From Alphaproteobacteria bacterium (GTDB lineage Bacteria > Pseudomonadota > Alphaproteobacteria > UBA828), in assembly GCA_963667785.2 (NCBI GenBank), contig CAXXMU010000006.1:128001-192000 (forward strand): 64,000 bases of DNA, in the 5' to 3' direction. Numbering within the stretch: the first letter of the stretch is position 1; every line of letters begins with the position of its first letter. Below are positions 19,963-29,297 of this stretch, one piece after another. The position numbers and the translations under genes were made by a program. The notes under the pieces are model-generated. The model did no database searches, was not told the DNA's origin, and saw only the letters and a list, made by a program, of their open reading frames with translations.

Positions 19963-20005
19963 GAGCACTATCCGACCCTACGGGGTCACGACAAGCCGAA
20001 CGACT

Positions 20006-20068
20006 CCCACCTCCCCCTGTCCCCCTCCTCCCAGGAGGAGGGGGAGGAGAGGGCCGGAGTGAGGTGGG
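20006..20068. repeat. Purine/pyrimidine-skewed palindromic element of the alphaproteobacterial CCCCTCTCCC...GGGAGAGGG type
   Basis: Inner perfect stem TCCCCCTCCTCC/GGAGGAGGGGGA (20020-20045); outer CCCACCTC/GAGGTGGG. Confidence 0.65.
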
Positions 20069-20223
20069 GCAGTCTCGGCCCGCATCGCATGCAAGATAGT
20101 AGACGGGCGGCAACCGGGTGCGACCCGGTCTGGTCAGAATATGCGTTGAGAGCAGAGCCATGAGCGCCGGGCCTGACCGGGACGAGCGCCGCCGCCCTTG
20201 CCGCCGGCTCCGATTCCGCCTAG

Positions 20224-20254
20224 TCTGAGAATGAGACTTGTTCTTGTTTGCATC
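20224..20254 (+). promoter_or_regulatory. Extended Fur-type box array upstream of the DUF4856 gene
   Basis: TCTGAGAATGAGACTTGTTCTTGTTTGCATC, a hexamer-phased GAGAAT-like array. Confidence 0.6.
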
Positions 20255-20325
20255 CAGCGGCCATGCTGCCGAGAAGCGGGCGCCGTCATGGCCCGCACGA
20301 ACCACAGACAACGGGAGTCGATGCG

Positions 20326-21750
20326 ATGAAGTGCGCCATCACCGCAGGAGCCGCCCTCCTCTCCCTCGCCGCGCTGCCGCTGGCGGCGCAGGCGGAGAGC
20401 AACGTCTACGAAGGCTTTCCGGTCACCGTGAAGGGCTATGAAGGCGCGGCGACGACGTCGGTCTCCTACGGCGGCCAGATCGCCCGCCACGTCCTGCAGG
20501 ACTCGCTGAAGAAGCTCGCCGGCACGGGCAGCGGCGCGCCGGACCCCGCGTTGAAGGCGGAGATGATCGCCTACTACGAGGGCAAGGCGCCGGGCCGCGC
20601 GATCGTGGCGCCCACCTCCAAGGGCCCCTTCGTGGTGAGTCAGTCCGCCGTCGACGAGATCAGCAAGGGCAAAGAGCTCGCCGGCAAGACCTACAAGGGT
20701 GCGGTGCCGGGCATGCCCAACAACATGACCGGGCCCGAGCTCGTGTCGTTCTGGATCGACAAGGCGTCCGCCGCGGACAAGGGCGTCGATGCGGCGAACG
20801 GCTACGACTATCCGCAGCTCATCTCGAAGTTCCTGATCGGAGCGGTGTTCTACAACCAGGCGGTGGACAAGTACCTGGACGAGTATCTGCGCGCCGACAC
20901 CAAGCCCAACGACAAGCCCTACAAGGACGGCGCTGCCTACACCGGCAAGGAGCATTCCTGGGACGAGGCGTTCGGCTACTTCGGCACGCCCGCGCACACG
21001 CTCTCGCTCACGCCTAAGGCGGTCTACGAGATCGCCAAGCGAGGCAGCAAGTCGGAGACGCCGGAGGATGCGCTCGCCTACGCCGACTTCGACAAGGACG
21101 GCGCGGTCGACCTCAAGACCGAGATGACCTTCGCGCCCGCCTACTATGCCGCCTCCTTCGACAAGTCGGGCACCGACTACCTCCACACCATCACCCGCGC
21201 CTTCCTCGACGGCCGCCGGCTGATCGCGGACGCCGACGGCGCCGCCCTCAGCGACGCCCGGCGCAGCGCGCTCGAGGGCCATGCCGAGACGATCCGGACC
21301 AACTGGAAGAAGGTGCTCGCCGAGGCGGTCTTCAAGTACGCGGGCTCCGTCTACAAGGACCTGGGCAAGCTCGAAATCATTCTCGACGCCAGCGGCGACC
21401 CCGCCGAGGCCTTCCGCGCCTACCTCAAGCACTGGGGCGAGCTGAAGGGCTTCGCGCTCGCGCTCCAGACCGGCCGCGACAATCTGGGTGAGACGGCGGT
21501 CCGGCTCAACCGCATCATCGGCTTCGGCCCCGTGCTGCCCAACGCGAGCCAGGTCACGGACATCGACAGCCAGGGCAACTACGTGAAGGACGAGTCCAAG
21601 CCTCTCTCCACGTACCAGTACGACATGCTGAAGCTGCAGGCGCTCATGGTCTCCGCCTTCGGCGTGGAGGCCCGTCAGAACGATCAGCGCGCCGCGCTGG
21701 AATCGCTGCTCGAGAAGCTCGGCGACGGCGCAAGCGCGGAGAACGACTGA
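20326..21750 (+). CDS. DUF4856-like secreted protein
   Basis: Signal peptide ending AQA; 'SVSYGGQIARH', 'EHSWDEAFGYFG', 'HWGELKGF'; EF-hand-like loop DFDKDGAVDLKTE. Confidence 0.8.
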   Translation: MKCAITAGAALLSLAALPLAAQAESNVYEGFPVTVKGYEGAATTSVSYGGQIARHVLQDSLKKLAGTGSGAPDPALKAEMIAYYEGKAPGRAIVAPTSKGPFVVSQSAVDEISKGKELAGKTYKGAVPGMPNNMTGPELVSFWIDKASAADKGVDAANGYDYPQLISKFLIGAVFYNQAVDKYLDEYLRADTKPNDKPYKDGAAYTGKEHSWDEAFGYFGTPAHTLSLTPKAVYEIAKRGSKSETPEDALAYADFDKDGAVDLKTEMTFAPAYYAASFDKSGTDYLHTITRAFLDGRRLIADADGAALSDARRSALEGHAETIRTNWKKVLAEAVFKYAGSVYKDLGKLEIILDASGDPAEAFRAYLKHWGELKGFALALQTGRDNLGETAVRLNRIIGFGPVLPNASQVTDIDSQGNYVKDESKPLSTYQYDMLKLQALMVSAFGVEARQNDQRAALESLLEKLGDGASAEND

Positions 21751-21806
21751 GGCCCGGCTGCTACGCGCGGCGACGAACCCCGCGGCGGGATGCCGGAGGC
21801 GGCGCG

Positions 21807-22883
21807 GTGGATTCGCTCGTCATCGACTATCTCGGCGAGCTGACCGGGAGCTTCGTCGATCCGAAGAAGCGCGTCTTCGCCGGCTACCTCGTGGGCGCGC
21901 TCGCCATCGCCTGCGTCGTGATGCTCGGCGCCGCGGGCTGGAACCTGCGCGCCGGCGTGGCGGCGAGCCGCAGGCTGCTCTTCGCCCGCTCGATCTGGTG
22001 GTCGGCGTCCGCCCGCGCCGACTACAAGATGCTCGCGGTCAACCAGGCGCTGATGATGGCGCTCGGGCCGCGCCTGGCGGGCCGCATGGCGCTCGCCACC
22101 GCGCTGTTCGCCGGCCTGCACACGGCGCTCGGCGGGCGTGCGGACGCAGGCGCGGCGCTGCCTGCATGGCTCGTCGTCGCGGGCTTCACGCTCAGCCACT
22201 TCCTGCTGGACGACCTCTCGAAGTATCTCGTCCACCGGGCGCTGCATCGCTGGCCGCTGCTCTGGGCGTTCCACAAGGTCCATCACTCGGCGACGACGCT
22301 TACCCCGCTCACGGTCTATCGCACCCATCCGCTGGAGGCGGTGCTCTTCACCCTGCGCGGCACCGCGGTGCAGGCCACCGTGGTCGCGGTCTTCGTCTTC
22401 TTCTTCGGCAACGCGGTGGACCTCTTCACCGTCCTCGGCGCCAACATCCTCCTGTTCGCCTTCAACGCGGCGGGCGCGAACCTGCGCCACTCGCACGTCC
22501 GCATCGGCTACAGGCGGCGCATCGAGAGGGTGCTGATGTCGCCGGCCCAGCACCAGATCCACCATTCCGTGGACGAGCGCCACCACGACCGGAACTTCGG
22601 CACGGTCCTCTCCCTCTGGGACTGGCTCGGCGGCACGCTGTGTCTCGCCGAGAGGGGCGAGGAGATCCGCTTCGGCCTGTCACGCGGGGTGCCGGAGGAG
22701 GCGAACAGCCTGTGGGCGCTCTACCTGAGGCCGGTCGCCGAGGCGGCCCTGGTGCTCCGTGGCGGCGCGGACCGGGCCGGCGGCCTCGCGCGCCGTCTGG
22801 CGCGGACACGGGTGCGCCCTTCCGCTCGATGCTCCCCGTCCCTCCCCCGCTCGCTGCCCGCAGGCCGCCGCCGCGCTTGCTAG
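21807..22883 (+). CDS. Sterol desaturase/fatty acid hydroxylase family membrane protein
   Basis: His boxes HRALH, HKVHH, LRHSH and HQIHH; TM helices. Confidence 0.88.
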   Translation: MDSLVIDYLGELTGSFVDPKKRVFAGYLVGALAIACVVMLGAAGWNLRAGVAASRRLLFARSIWWSASARADYKMLAVNQALMMALGPRLAGRMALATALFAGLHTALGGRADAGAALPAWLVVAGFTLSHFLLDDLSKYLVHRALHRWPLLWAFHKVHHSATTLTPLTVYRTHPLEAVLFTLRGTAVQATVVAVFVFFFGNAVDLFTVLGANILLFAFNAAGANLRHSHVRIGYRRRIERVLMSPAQHQIHHSVDERHHDRNFGTVLSLWDWLGGTLCLAERGEEIRFGLSRGVPEEANSLWALYLRPVAEAALVLRGGADRAGGLARRLARTRVRPSARCSPSLPRSLPAGRRRAC

Positions 22884-22940
22884 CGCCCCCGATCCAAACG
22901 ACAATCGGGCGACGGTTGGGTACAGGGCGAACGGGGCTCC

Positions 22941-24437
22941 ATGCGTCGCGACTCGCTGGGCAGGCAGGCCGGGGCCGATGGCGACGGCCCGGCCGCGGGA
23001 GAGCGCCTCTTCGCCGGGTACGAGACCCACCCGGCGTTCTACGACGAGATGTTCCGGGCCACCGGCGAGCCGCGCGCTCATTGCCGGGAACTCTGTGAGG
23101 CGCTCGACGGCATGCCGGCGGCCGAGATCGCCGCCATGCAGGAGCACGCCGAGCGCTCCTTCCTGCATCAGGGAATCACCTTCGCGGTCTACGGCGAGGA
23201 GGGCGCGCAGGAGCGCATCATCCCGATCGACTTCCTGCCGCGGCTCCTCGACGCGGACGACTGGGACGTGGTCGAGCGCGGGCTGCGGCAGCGGCTGGAG
23301 GCGCTGAACCGCTTCCTCGCCGACGTCTACGGTCCGGGCCGGATCCTCGCGGACGGGGTCGTGCCGGTGGACATGGTGCGCGGCTGCCCGCAATACCGCG
23401 TGGAGATGCAGGGCCTGGAGGTGCCGCACGGCGTCTATGTCGCGCTCTGCGGCACCGACATCGTCAGGACCAATGACGGCTTCGTGGTGCTGGAGGACAA
23501 TCTGCGCGTGCCCTCCGGCGTCTCCTACATGCTGGCCAACCGGCGGGCGCTGAAGACCAGCCTGCGCAACCTGTTCCGCCGCCACCATGTGCGCGGCATC
23601 GAGCATTACGCGCAACTGCTGCGCCAGACCCTGGCCGAGCTCGCCCCGCCGGGCGTCTCCGACCCCTGCATCGTCCTGCTCACGCCCGGCGTCTACAACT
23701 CGGCCTTCTACGAGCACATGTTCCTGGCCCAGGAGATGGGCGTGGAGCTCGTGCAGGGCAGCGACCTGCTGGTCCACAACGGCTTCGTCTACATGCGGAC
23801 CACCGCGGGGCTGAGGCGCGTGGACGTGATCTACCGCCGCATCGACGACGACTTCATCGACCCGCTCGCGTTCAGGTCCGATTCGCAGCTCGGCACCCCC
23901 GGCCTCTTCTACGCCTACCGGCTCGGCAACGTGACCATCGCCAACGCGCCGGGGACCGGCGTCGCCGACGACAAGAGCGTCTATTCCTACGTGCCCGACA
24001 TGATCCGCTACTATCTCGGCGAGGAGCCGCTGCTCGCCAACGTCGAGACCCATCTCTGCCGCGAGCCGGAGGGGCTCGCCTACACCCTCGACAATCTGGA
24101 GACGCTCGTCGTCAAGATGGTGGGCGAATCCGGCGGCTACGGCATGCTGGTGGGCCCCCACGCGACGCCCGCCGAGCGCGCGGCCTACGCCGACGAGATC
24201 AGGAAGGACCCGGACAACTTCATCTCCCAGCCGGTGCTCGATCTCTCGGTCTCGCCCTGCCTCACGGAGGGCGGCGCTGCGCCCCGGCACGTCGACCTCC
24301 GCCCCTTCGTGCTGCGCGGGCGCGAGACCCGCCTCGTTCCCGGCGCCTTCTGCCGGGTGGCCCTCGTCGAGGGCTCGCTCGTGGTCAATTCGAGCCAGGG
24401 CGGCGGCGGCAAGGACCTCTGGGTGCTCTCGCGCTAG
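22941..24437 (+). CDS. Circularly permuted type 2 ATP-grasp protein
   Basis: 'VLEDNLRVPSGVSYML', 'LTPGVYNSAFYEH', 'VIYRRIDDDF', 'VVNSSQGGGGKD'. Confidence 0.93.
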   Translation: MRRDSLGRQAGADGDGPAAGERLFAGYETHPAFYDEMFRATGEPRAHCRELCEALDGMPAAEIAAMQEHAERSFLHQGITFAVYGEEGAQERIIPIDFLPRLLDADDWDVVERGLRQRLEALNRFLADVYGPGRILADGVVPVDMVRGCPQYRVEMQGLEVPHGVYVALCGTDIVRTNDGFVVLEDNLRVPSGVSYMLANRRALKTSLRNLFRRHHVRGIEHYAQLLRQTLAELAPPGVSDPCIVLLTPGVYNSAFYEHMFLAQEMGVELVQGSDLLVHNGFVYMRTTAGLRRVDVIYRRIDDDFIDPLAFRSDSQLGTPGLFYAYRLGNVTIANAPGTGVADDKSVYSYVPDMIRYYLGEEPLLANVETHLCREPEGLAYTLDNLETLVVKMVGESGGYGMLVGPHATPAERAAYADEIRKDPDNFISQPVLDLSVSPCLTEGGAAPRHVDLRPFVLRGRETRLVPGAFCRVALVEGSLVVNSSQGGGGKDLWVLSR

Positions 24438-24441
24438 CGGA

Positions 24442-25416
24442 ATGCTTTCGCGCAACGCCCAGGGCCTCTACTGGATGGGCCGCCACCTCGAGCGGGCGCG
24501 CCACGGCTGCCGCCTGCTGTCGGAGCAGCTCGCGTCCATGGAGGACCGGCCGGTCGAGCAGATCGAGCAGAGCTGGCGGCGGCTCTACCGGGCCATCGGC
24601 CGCACCCCGCTCGGCGGTCACATGGACGCGTTCCCCGGCGACGAGGACTTCATGCTGGCGGACGCCTATACCCTGGTGGACGATCTGACCTTCGAGCCCA
24701 CCAATCCCGACGCGATCCGCAACTGCGTCGGCAGCGCGCGCGAGAACGCACGGCAGGTCCGCAACACCATCGGCAACAGGATGTGGTCCTGCCTCAACCT
24801 CGCCTATCTGGACCTGCGCGACGTGGAGATCGAGTCCATCTGGAGCGACCGGCCCGGCGCGTTCTATGTCCGCACCGAGGATGCCATCCGCACCTTCACC
24901 GGCATCGCCGACCACGCCATGTACCGCGACGACGGCTGGCACTTCCTCAGGCTTGGCTGGTTCGTGGAGCGGGCGCAGCTCGTCGCCGCGCTGGTGGATG
25001 CGCATATCGCGATCTATCCGACCGGCACCCCTCACGCCGAGTCCGACTGGCGCTCCCTGCTGCGGATCTGCGAGGCGCACTTCGCCTACCGCGACCAGCA
25101 CGCCCTCGACCACCGGCCGAGCCGCATCGTCGACTTCCTGGTGGCCGACCCGCTGCTCGCGCACTCGGTCCGCCACACGCTGAGGCAGGTCGGGGATGCG
25201 CTCGATGCCGTCTCCGCCGGCCGGCCGCTGGAGATCGAGGCCGGACGCCGCGCCGGCCGGATGGCAGCCAGCATCGACCATGACTGGCCCAACCGCGACC
25301 CGGACGACGACGACGCCACGCGCGCGGCGCTCCAGGGCATCGGCGAGGCCTGCCGGCACCTGCACGACGACATCGCGGCCACCTACTTCAACTACGAGAT
25401 CGAGGATTCGCCGTGA
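24442..25416 (+). CDS. Alpha-E domain protein
   Basis: 'MLSRNAQGLYWMGRHLERA', 'ARENARQVR', 'FLRLGWFVERA'. Confidence 0.92.
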   Translation: MLSRNAQGLYWMGRHLERARHGCRLLSEQLASMEDRPVEQIEQSWRRLYRAIGRTPLGGHMDAFPGDEDFMLADAYTLVDDLTFEPTNPDAIRNCVGSARENARQVRNTIGNRMWSCLNLAYLDLRDVEIESIWSDRPGAFYVRTEDAIRTFTGIADHAMYRDDGWHFLRLGWFVERAQLVAALVDAHIAIYPTGTPHAESDWRSLLRICEAHFAYRDQHALDHRPSRIVDFLVADPLLAHSVRHTLRQVGDALDAVSAGRPLEIEAGRRAGRMAASIDHDWPNRDPDDDDATRAALQGIGEACRHLHDDIAATYFNYEIEDSP

Positions 25417-26381
25417 TCGAGCCCGGACCGCGGCGCTTCCTGGTCGAGCATCTCTCCGACTTCCGTTACGGAGAGCCCGCCCAGGGCAGCCTGATGGTGT
25501 TGCGCCTCCGCCCGCGCGAGGACTGCGGGCAGCGGGTGGCCTCGTTCGGGCTCGACATCGATCCCGCCGCCGCGCCCGCGCCCTTCACCGACCCCTTCGG
25601 CAACGCCTGCCACCTCTTCAACATTCATCGCGAGCACAGGCACACCGCCGTGCGCTCGAAGGCAGAGGTCGAGACCGTCGAGACGCCGCCCCTGCCCGAG
25701 AGCCTCGGCGCGGGCGCGTGGGAGGCGCTGGACGACGGCACGGCCCGCCTCCGGCACTGGGAGTTCCTGAACCCCAGCCACTTCGCGCGGCCGAGCCCGG
25801 CGCTGGTAGCCTTCACCGAGGCCAGGGGCATCCGCCGCGCCGGCGATCCGCTGGCTGCGCTGCGCGAGACGGCCGCCACGCTGCACGCGGCGTTCCGCTA
25901 CGAGCCCGGCAGCACCACGGTCGATTCGCCCATCGAGCACATCCTGGAGACCGGTCGCGGCGTCTGCCAGGACTACACCCACGTGCTGATCGCCATTGCC
26001 CGCTCGTGGGGCGTTCCGAGCCGCTACGTCTCGGGCTACCTGCATCGCGAGGGCGCGCCGGGCGAGCAGACGCCCGCCGGCGCGAGCCACGCCTGGGCCG
26101 AGTTCCTGCTGCCCGATCTGGGCTGGATCGGCATCGACCCGACCAACGACACCTTCGCCGACCACCGCCACGTCCGCATCGCCGTCGGCCGCGACTATGC
26201 CGATGCGGCCCCGACCAGGGGTGCGGTGTTCGGCGGCGGCGAGTCCCGGCTGGAGGTGCGGGTCACGGTGACCGAGAGCGAGGAGCCGGTGTCGGCGGCG
26301 CCTGCGCCGCGCGCCGAGCGGCCGAACATTCGCGATGTCGCGCCGACCCCGCAGGTGCCCCGCGCCAGCGCCGATCAGTAG
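25413..26381 (+). CDS. Transglutaminase-like protein with Bact_transglu_N domain
   Basis: Catalytic triad motifs 'GVCQDYTH', 'SHAWAE', 'DPTN'; 'GRDYADAAP'. GTGA overlap with the alpha-E gene. Confidence 0.93.
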   Translation: MIEPGPRRFLVEHLSDFRYGEPAQGSLMVLRLRPREDCGQRVASFGLDIDPAAAPAPFTDPFGNACHLFNIHREHRHTAVRSKAEVETVETPPLPESLGAGAWEALDDGTARLRHWEFLNPSHFARPSPALVAFTEARGIRRAGDPLAALRETAATLHAAFRYEPGSTTVDSPIEHILETGRGVCQDYTHVLIAIARSWGVPSRYVSGYLHREGAPGEQTPAGASHAWAEFLLPDLGWIGIDPTNDTFADHRHVRIAVGRDYADAAPTRGAVFGGGESRLEVRVTVTESEEPVSAAPAPRAERPNIRDVAPTPQVPRASADQ

Positions 26382-26403
26382 AGCGGCCGAGGGAGCCGGG
26401 GCT

Positions 26404-26616
26404 CTAGCGTCCTGTTTCCGAAGTTGGCATGACTTCGGGTTGACCGTGCAGTCTTCCCGACCCGGCAAGTCCTCTCGTCATGCCCGGACTTGTTCCGGGC
26501 ATCCATGTTCTTTGTTGCTGACGAATGAATGACTCGTGGATGGCCGGGACAAGCCCGGCCATGACGTGCAGGGGGCACCTCGTCGACGCGGTCGAACGTC
26601 TCGATCGGGACGCTAG
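26404..26616. mobile_element. CTAG-bounded MITE-like element (213 bp) carrying a REP doublet, copy 1
   Basis: Ends CTAGCGTCCTGTTTCCGAAGTT and the reverse complement of CTAGCGTCCCGATCGAGACGTT. Internal REP pair at 26476-26566. Left end shared with the element at 32594. Confidence 0.65.
26476..26566. repeat. REP doublet (GTCATGCCCGGACTTGTTCCGGGCATCCA ... TGGATGGCCGGGACAAGCCCGGCCATGAC)
   Basis: Two inverted hairpin REPs of the alphaproteobacterial GTCATGGCCGGGCTTG type; the same units recur at 32673 and 38750. Confidence 0.9.
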
Positions 26617-28289
26617 TGCCGGAAGCGGTCGAGCACGTGACCGGGGGGCGGGACGTCGCGGTAGCCGTCCTCGTCGTAGACCCCGGTGCCGTTGACCCAG
26701 ACCCCGTGCACCCCGCTCGCCTCGCGGATCAGGCGGCTCTCGCCGCCGGGCAGGTCGTCCACGCGCCTGATCGCGCCGCGCCCCACCGTCGCCGGGTCGA
26801 AGAGCATGAGGTCCGCGAACTTGCCGGGCGCGATCTCGCCGCGATCGGCGATGCCGTAGAGCTGCGCCGGCAGGCTGGTGATCCGCCTGATACCGTCGGC
26901 CAGGTCGAACACACCCTTGTCGCGCACCCAGTGGCCCAGCAGGTGCAGGCCGTAGCCGGCATCGCACAGGTAGCAGAGATGGGCGCCGGCGTCCGACAGG
27001 CTGATGATGCCGGCGTCGTGGCGCAGCAGCCCCTCCACCGCCGCCTCGTCGGCGTTGAGCAGGGCGGCGTTGAAGGTGGTGCCCAGCCTCTCGTCCACGG
27101 CGAGGTCGAACATCACGTCGACCGGATCGCGGCCCTCGCGCCCGGCGATGGCCTCGATGGTCTCGCCCTCCAGCGGCCGGTGCGCCGGCGTCGCCGCCAT
27201 CGCCACCTCGACGCGCCGCCAGTCGCCGTAAAAAATCTTGCCCTGCTGCGGCTTCTCCAGGTCCTCGCGGAAGCGGTTGCGGAAGTCCGCGCTCGCGATG
27301 ATCGCGAGAAAATCGTCGTCCGAGGCGGTGTGCAGCGGCTCCCAGGCATCCAGGCTCTGCAGCGGGAACGCGGTGCGCATGGAAAAATCCATGCGGAGCG
27401 GCTGGCACGAGACCTGGGCCCACACCGCGTTGCCGCGGCTCTGGGCGGCGGCCGCGTCGTCGAGCATGCCGATGGCCCGCTCCGGGAAGGTCTCGTTGTG
27501 CAGCGCCGCGGTCATGAACACCGGCCGGCCCGTCTCGGCAGCCATGCTCTCGAGCCTCTCCACCGTCATGGCGGGGCCGACGGTGAGCTGGAAGATGCCG
27601 CGCTCGAGCTCGCCGAGCACGCCGACGAGCGTGCGCAGCTCGTCGTCGTCCGCCAGCCGCGACGGCATCGGCACGCCGCCGTCGCCGTTGTGGTTGATGG
27701 AGGTCGAGGTGGCGAAGCCGATCGCGCCGGCCTCCATCGCCTCCTTCACGATGGCGCGCATGGCGGCGATCTCGTCCGCGCTGGCCGTCCGCTCCGAGGC
27801 CTCGGCCCCCAGCACGGTGGTGCGCACCGCCGAATGGCCGACGAAGACGCCGGCGTTGGGATAGCACCCCTTGCGCCTGAGCAGCGCCAGGTACTCGGGG
27901 AAGCTCTCGAAGCCCCAGTCGATCCCCGCCTCCAGCGCGGCGATGGACATGCCCTCCACCTCGGCCAGGTTGCGGGCCATCTGCTCGCGCCGCTCGGGCG
28001 GACAGGGGGCGATGCTGAAGCCGCAGTTGCCCATCACCACCGTGGTGACGCCGAGCGCCGGCGAGGGCGTCGCCCGGCTCTCCCAGGTGAGCTGGGCGTC
28101 GTAGTGGGTGTGCACGTCGACGATGCCGGGCGCCAGCACGAGGCCGTCCGCGTCCACCGTCTGCCGCGCGCTCTCGGTCACGTCGCCGACCTCGGCGATG
28201 CGCTCGCCGCTGACCGCGACATCGGCGCGGATGAGCGGATTGCCCGCGCCGTCCGCCATCATCGCACCCCGAATCACGAGATCATGCAT
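26613..28289 (-). CDS. N-acyl-D-amino-acid deacylase-like amidohydrolase
   Basis: 'APGIVDVHTHYD', 'GVTTVVMGNCG', 'SDAGAH', 'GKFADLMLFDP'. Confidence 0.9.
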   Translation of the reverse strand: MHDLVIRGAMMADGAGNPLIRADVAVSGERIAEVGDVTESARQTVDADGLVLAPGIVDVHTHYDAQLTWESRATPSPALGVTTVVMGNCGFSIAPCPPERREQMARNLAEVEGMSIAALEAGIDWGFESFPEYLALLRRKGCYPNAGVFVGHSAVRTTVLGAEASERTASADEIAAMRAIVKEAMEAGAIGFATSTSINHNGDGGVPMPSRLADDDELRTLVGVLGELERGIFQLTVGPAMTVERLESMAAETGRPVFMTAALHNETFPERAIGMLDDAAAAQSRGNAVWAQVSCQPLRMDFSMRTAFPLQSLDAWEPLHTASDDDFLAIIASADFRNRFREDLEKPQQGKIFYGDWRRVEVAMAATPAHRPLEGETIEAIAGREGRDPVDVMFDLAVDERLGTTFNAALLNADEAAVEGLLRHDAGIISLSDAGAHLCYLCDAGYGLHLLGHWVRDKGVFDLADGIRRITSLPAQLYGIADRGEIAPGKFADLMLFDPATVGRGAIRRVDDLPGGESRLIREASGVHGVWVNGTGVYDEDGYRDVPPPGHVLDRFRH

Positions 28290-28373
28290 GGCCCGAACCG
28301 TTGCCTCCCAGGATAGGACCGCCCGGCCGCGAGGCCCGCCGCGCAGCGCCTGCGCGCGGACCGCAGGCGGGCG

Positions 28374-29003
28374 TCAGGGGTTTGCAGGAACCGTCACGCC
28401 GATGAGGCAGTCGCGCGTCACCAGCGCCGCCAGGCGCCCGCGCTCCCAGCCCTCGGTGCCGGCGGGGCGGCGGGGCAGCACGATATAGCGCATGTCGGCG
28501 GTCGAATCGTGCACCCGCACCGTGACGTCGTCGGCAATCTCGGTGCCGAACTCGCGGAGGACGGCGCGGGGCTCGCGCACCACCCGCGAGCGGTAGGCCT
28601 TCGCCTTGTACCAGTCCGGCGGCAGGCCGAGCAGGTTGCGCGGATAGCAGGAGCAGAGGGTGCAGACGATCACGTTGTGCACCTCTGCGGTGTTCTCGAC
28701 GGCGATGAGCCGGGTCGGCCCGATGTCGATGCCGAGCCGCGCGCAGGCCGCGCTGCCGTCCGCCAGCAGCGCCTCCCTGAAGGCGGGATCGGTCCAGGCC
28801 ACGGCCACCACCCCGGCGCCGGCCGCAGGGCTGCGGGCGTCCATGGTCTCGATCGCGGCGCGCACGTCGTCGGCGCCGAAGATGCCCTTCTCGATCAGGA
28901 GCTCGCGCACCGCGATCTCCATGGTCTGGTAGTAGCTGAGCGGGCCGTCCTCGTCGGGCGGCGGCGCGTGGTCGTGGCCGTGATCGTGGGGATGGGTCGC
29001 CAT
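28374..29003 (-). CDS. Cobalt-type nitrile hydratase alpha / thiocyanate hydrolase gamma-like subunit
   Basis: Metal motif VCTLCSCY followed by PR; His-rich N terminus; 'YRSRVVREPR', 'HDSTADMRY'. Confidence 0.93.
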   Translation of the reverse strand: MATHPHDHGHDHAPPPDEDGPLSYYQTMEIAVRELLIEKGIFGADDVRAAIETMDARSPAAGAGVVAVAWTDPAFREALLADGSAACARLGIDIGPTRLIAVENTAEVHNVIVCTLCSCYPRNLLGLPPDWYKAKAYRSRVVREPRAVLREFGTEIADDVTVRVHDSTADMRYIVLPRRPAGTEGWERGRLAALVTRDCLIGVTVPANP

Positions 29004-29006
29004 CGC

Positions 29007-29297
29007 TCACTCCGTCGCGGGCTCGAGCCAGTGCTCGTAGAGCTCGATGTCGATGGTATCGCCGGCCGGGCCGTCGTAATCGGGCCAGAGCGCGGTCTGG
29101 GCAAAGCGCACCCGGTAGAGAGTCCGCCTGGGCCCGTCGCGCCGCCCGAAGGCGAGCTCCTCGGGATTGCCGAAGTCACCGCAGATGCGCTCCACCGCGC
29201 CCTCCGCGCCGCGCGCGTAATAGGGGGTGCGGATGTGGCCGAGCGGAAAAGCGCGGCGCACCGCCACCTTCTCGCCTACGGCGAAGCGGGCGCTCAT
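29007..29297 (-). CDS. Nitrile hydratase beta C-terminal (SH3-like) half / ScnA-like subunit
   Basis: 'RFAVGEKV', 'GHIRTPYYARG', 'LYRVRF', 'LWPDY', 'ELYEHWLEP'. ATGA overlap with the upstream gene. Confidence 0.88.
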   Translation of the reverse strand: MSARFAVGEKVAVRRAFPLGHIRTPYYARGAEGAVERICGDFGNPEELAFGRRDGPRRTLYRVRFAQTALWPDYDGPAGDTIDIELYEHWLEPATE

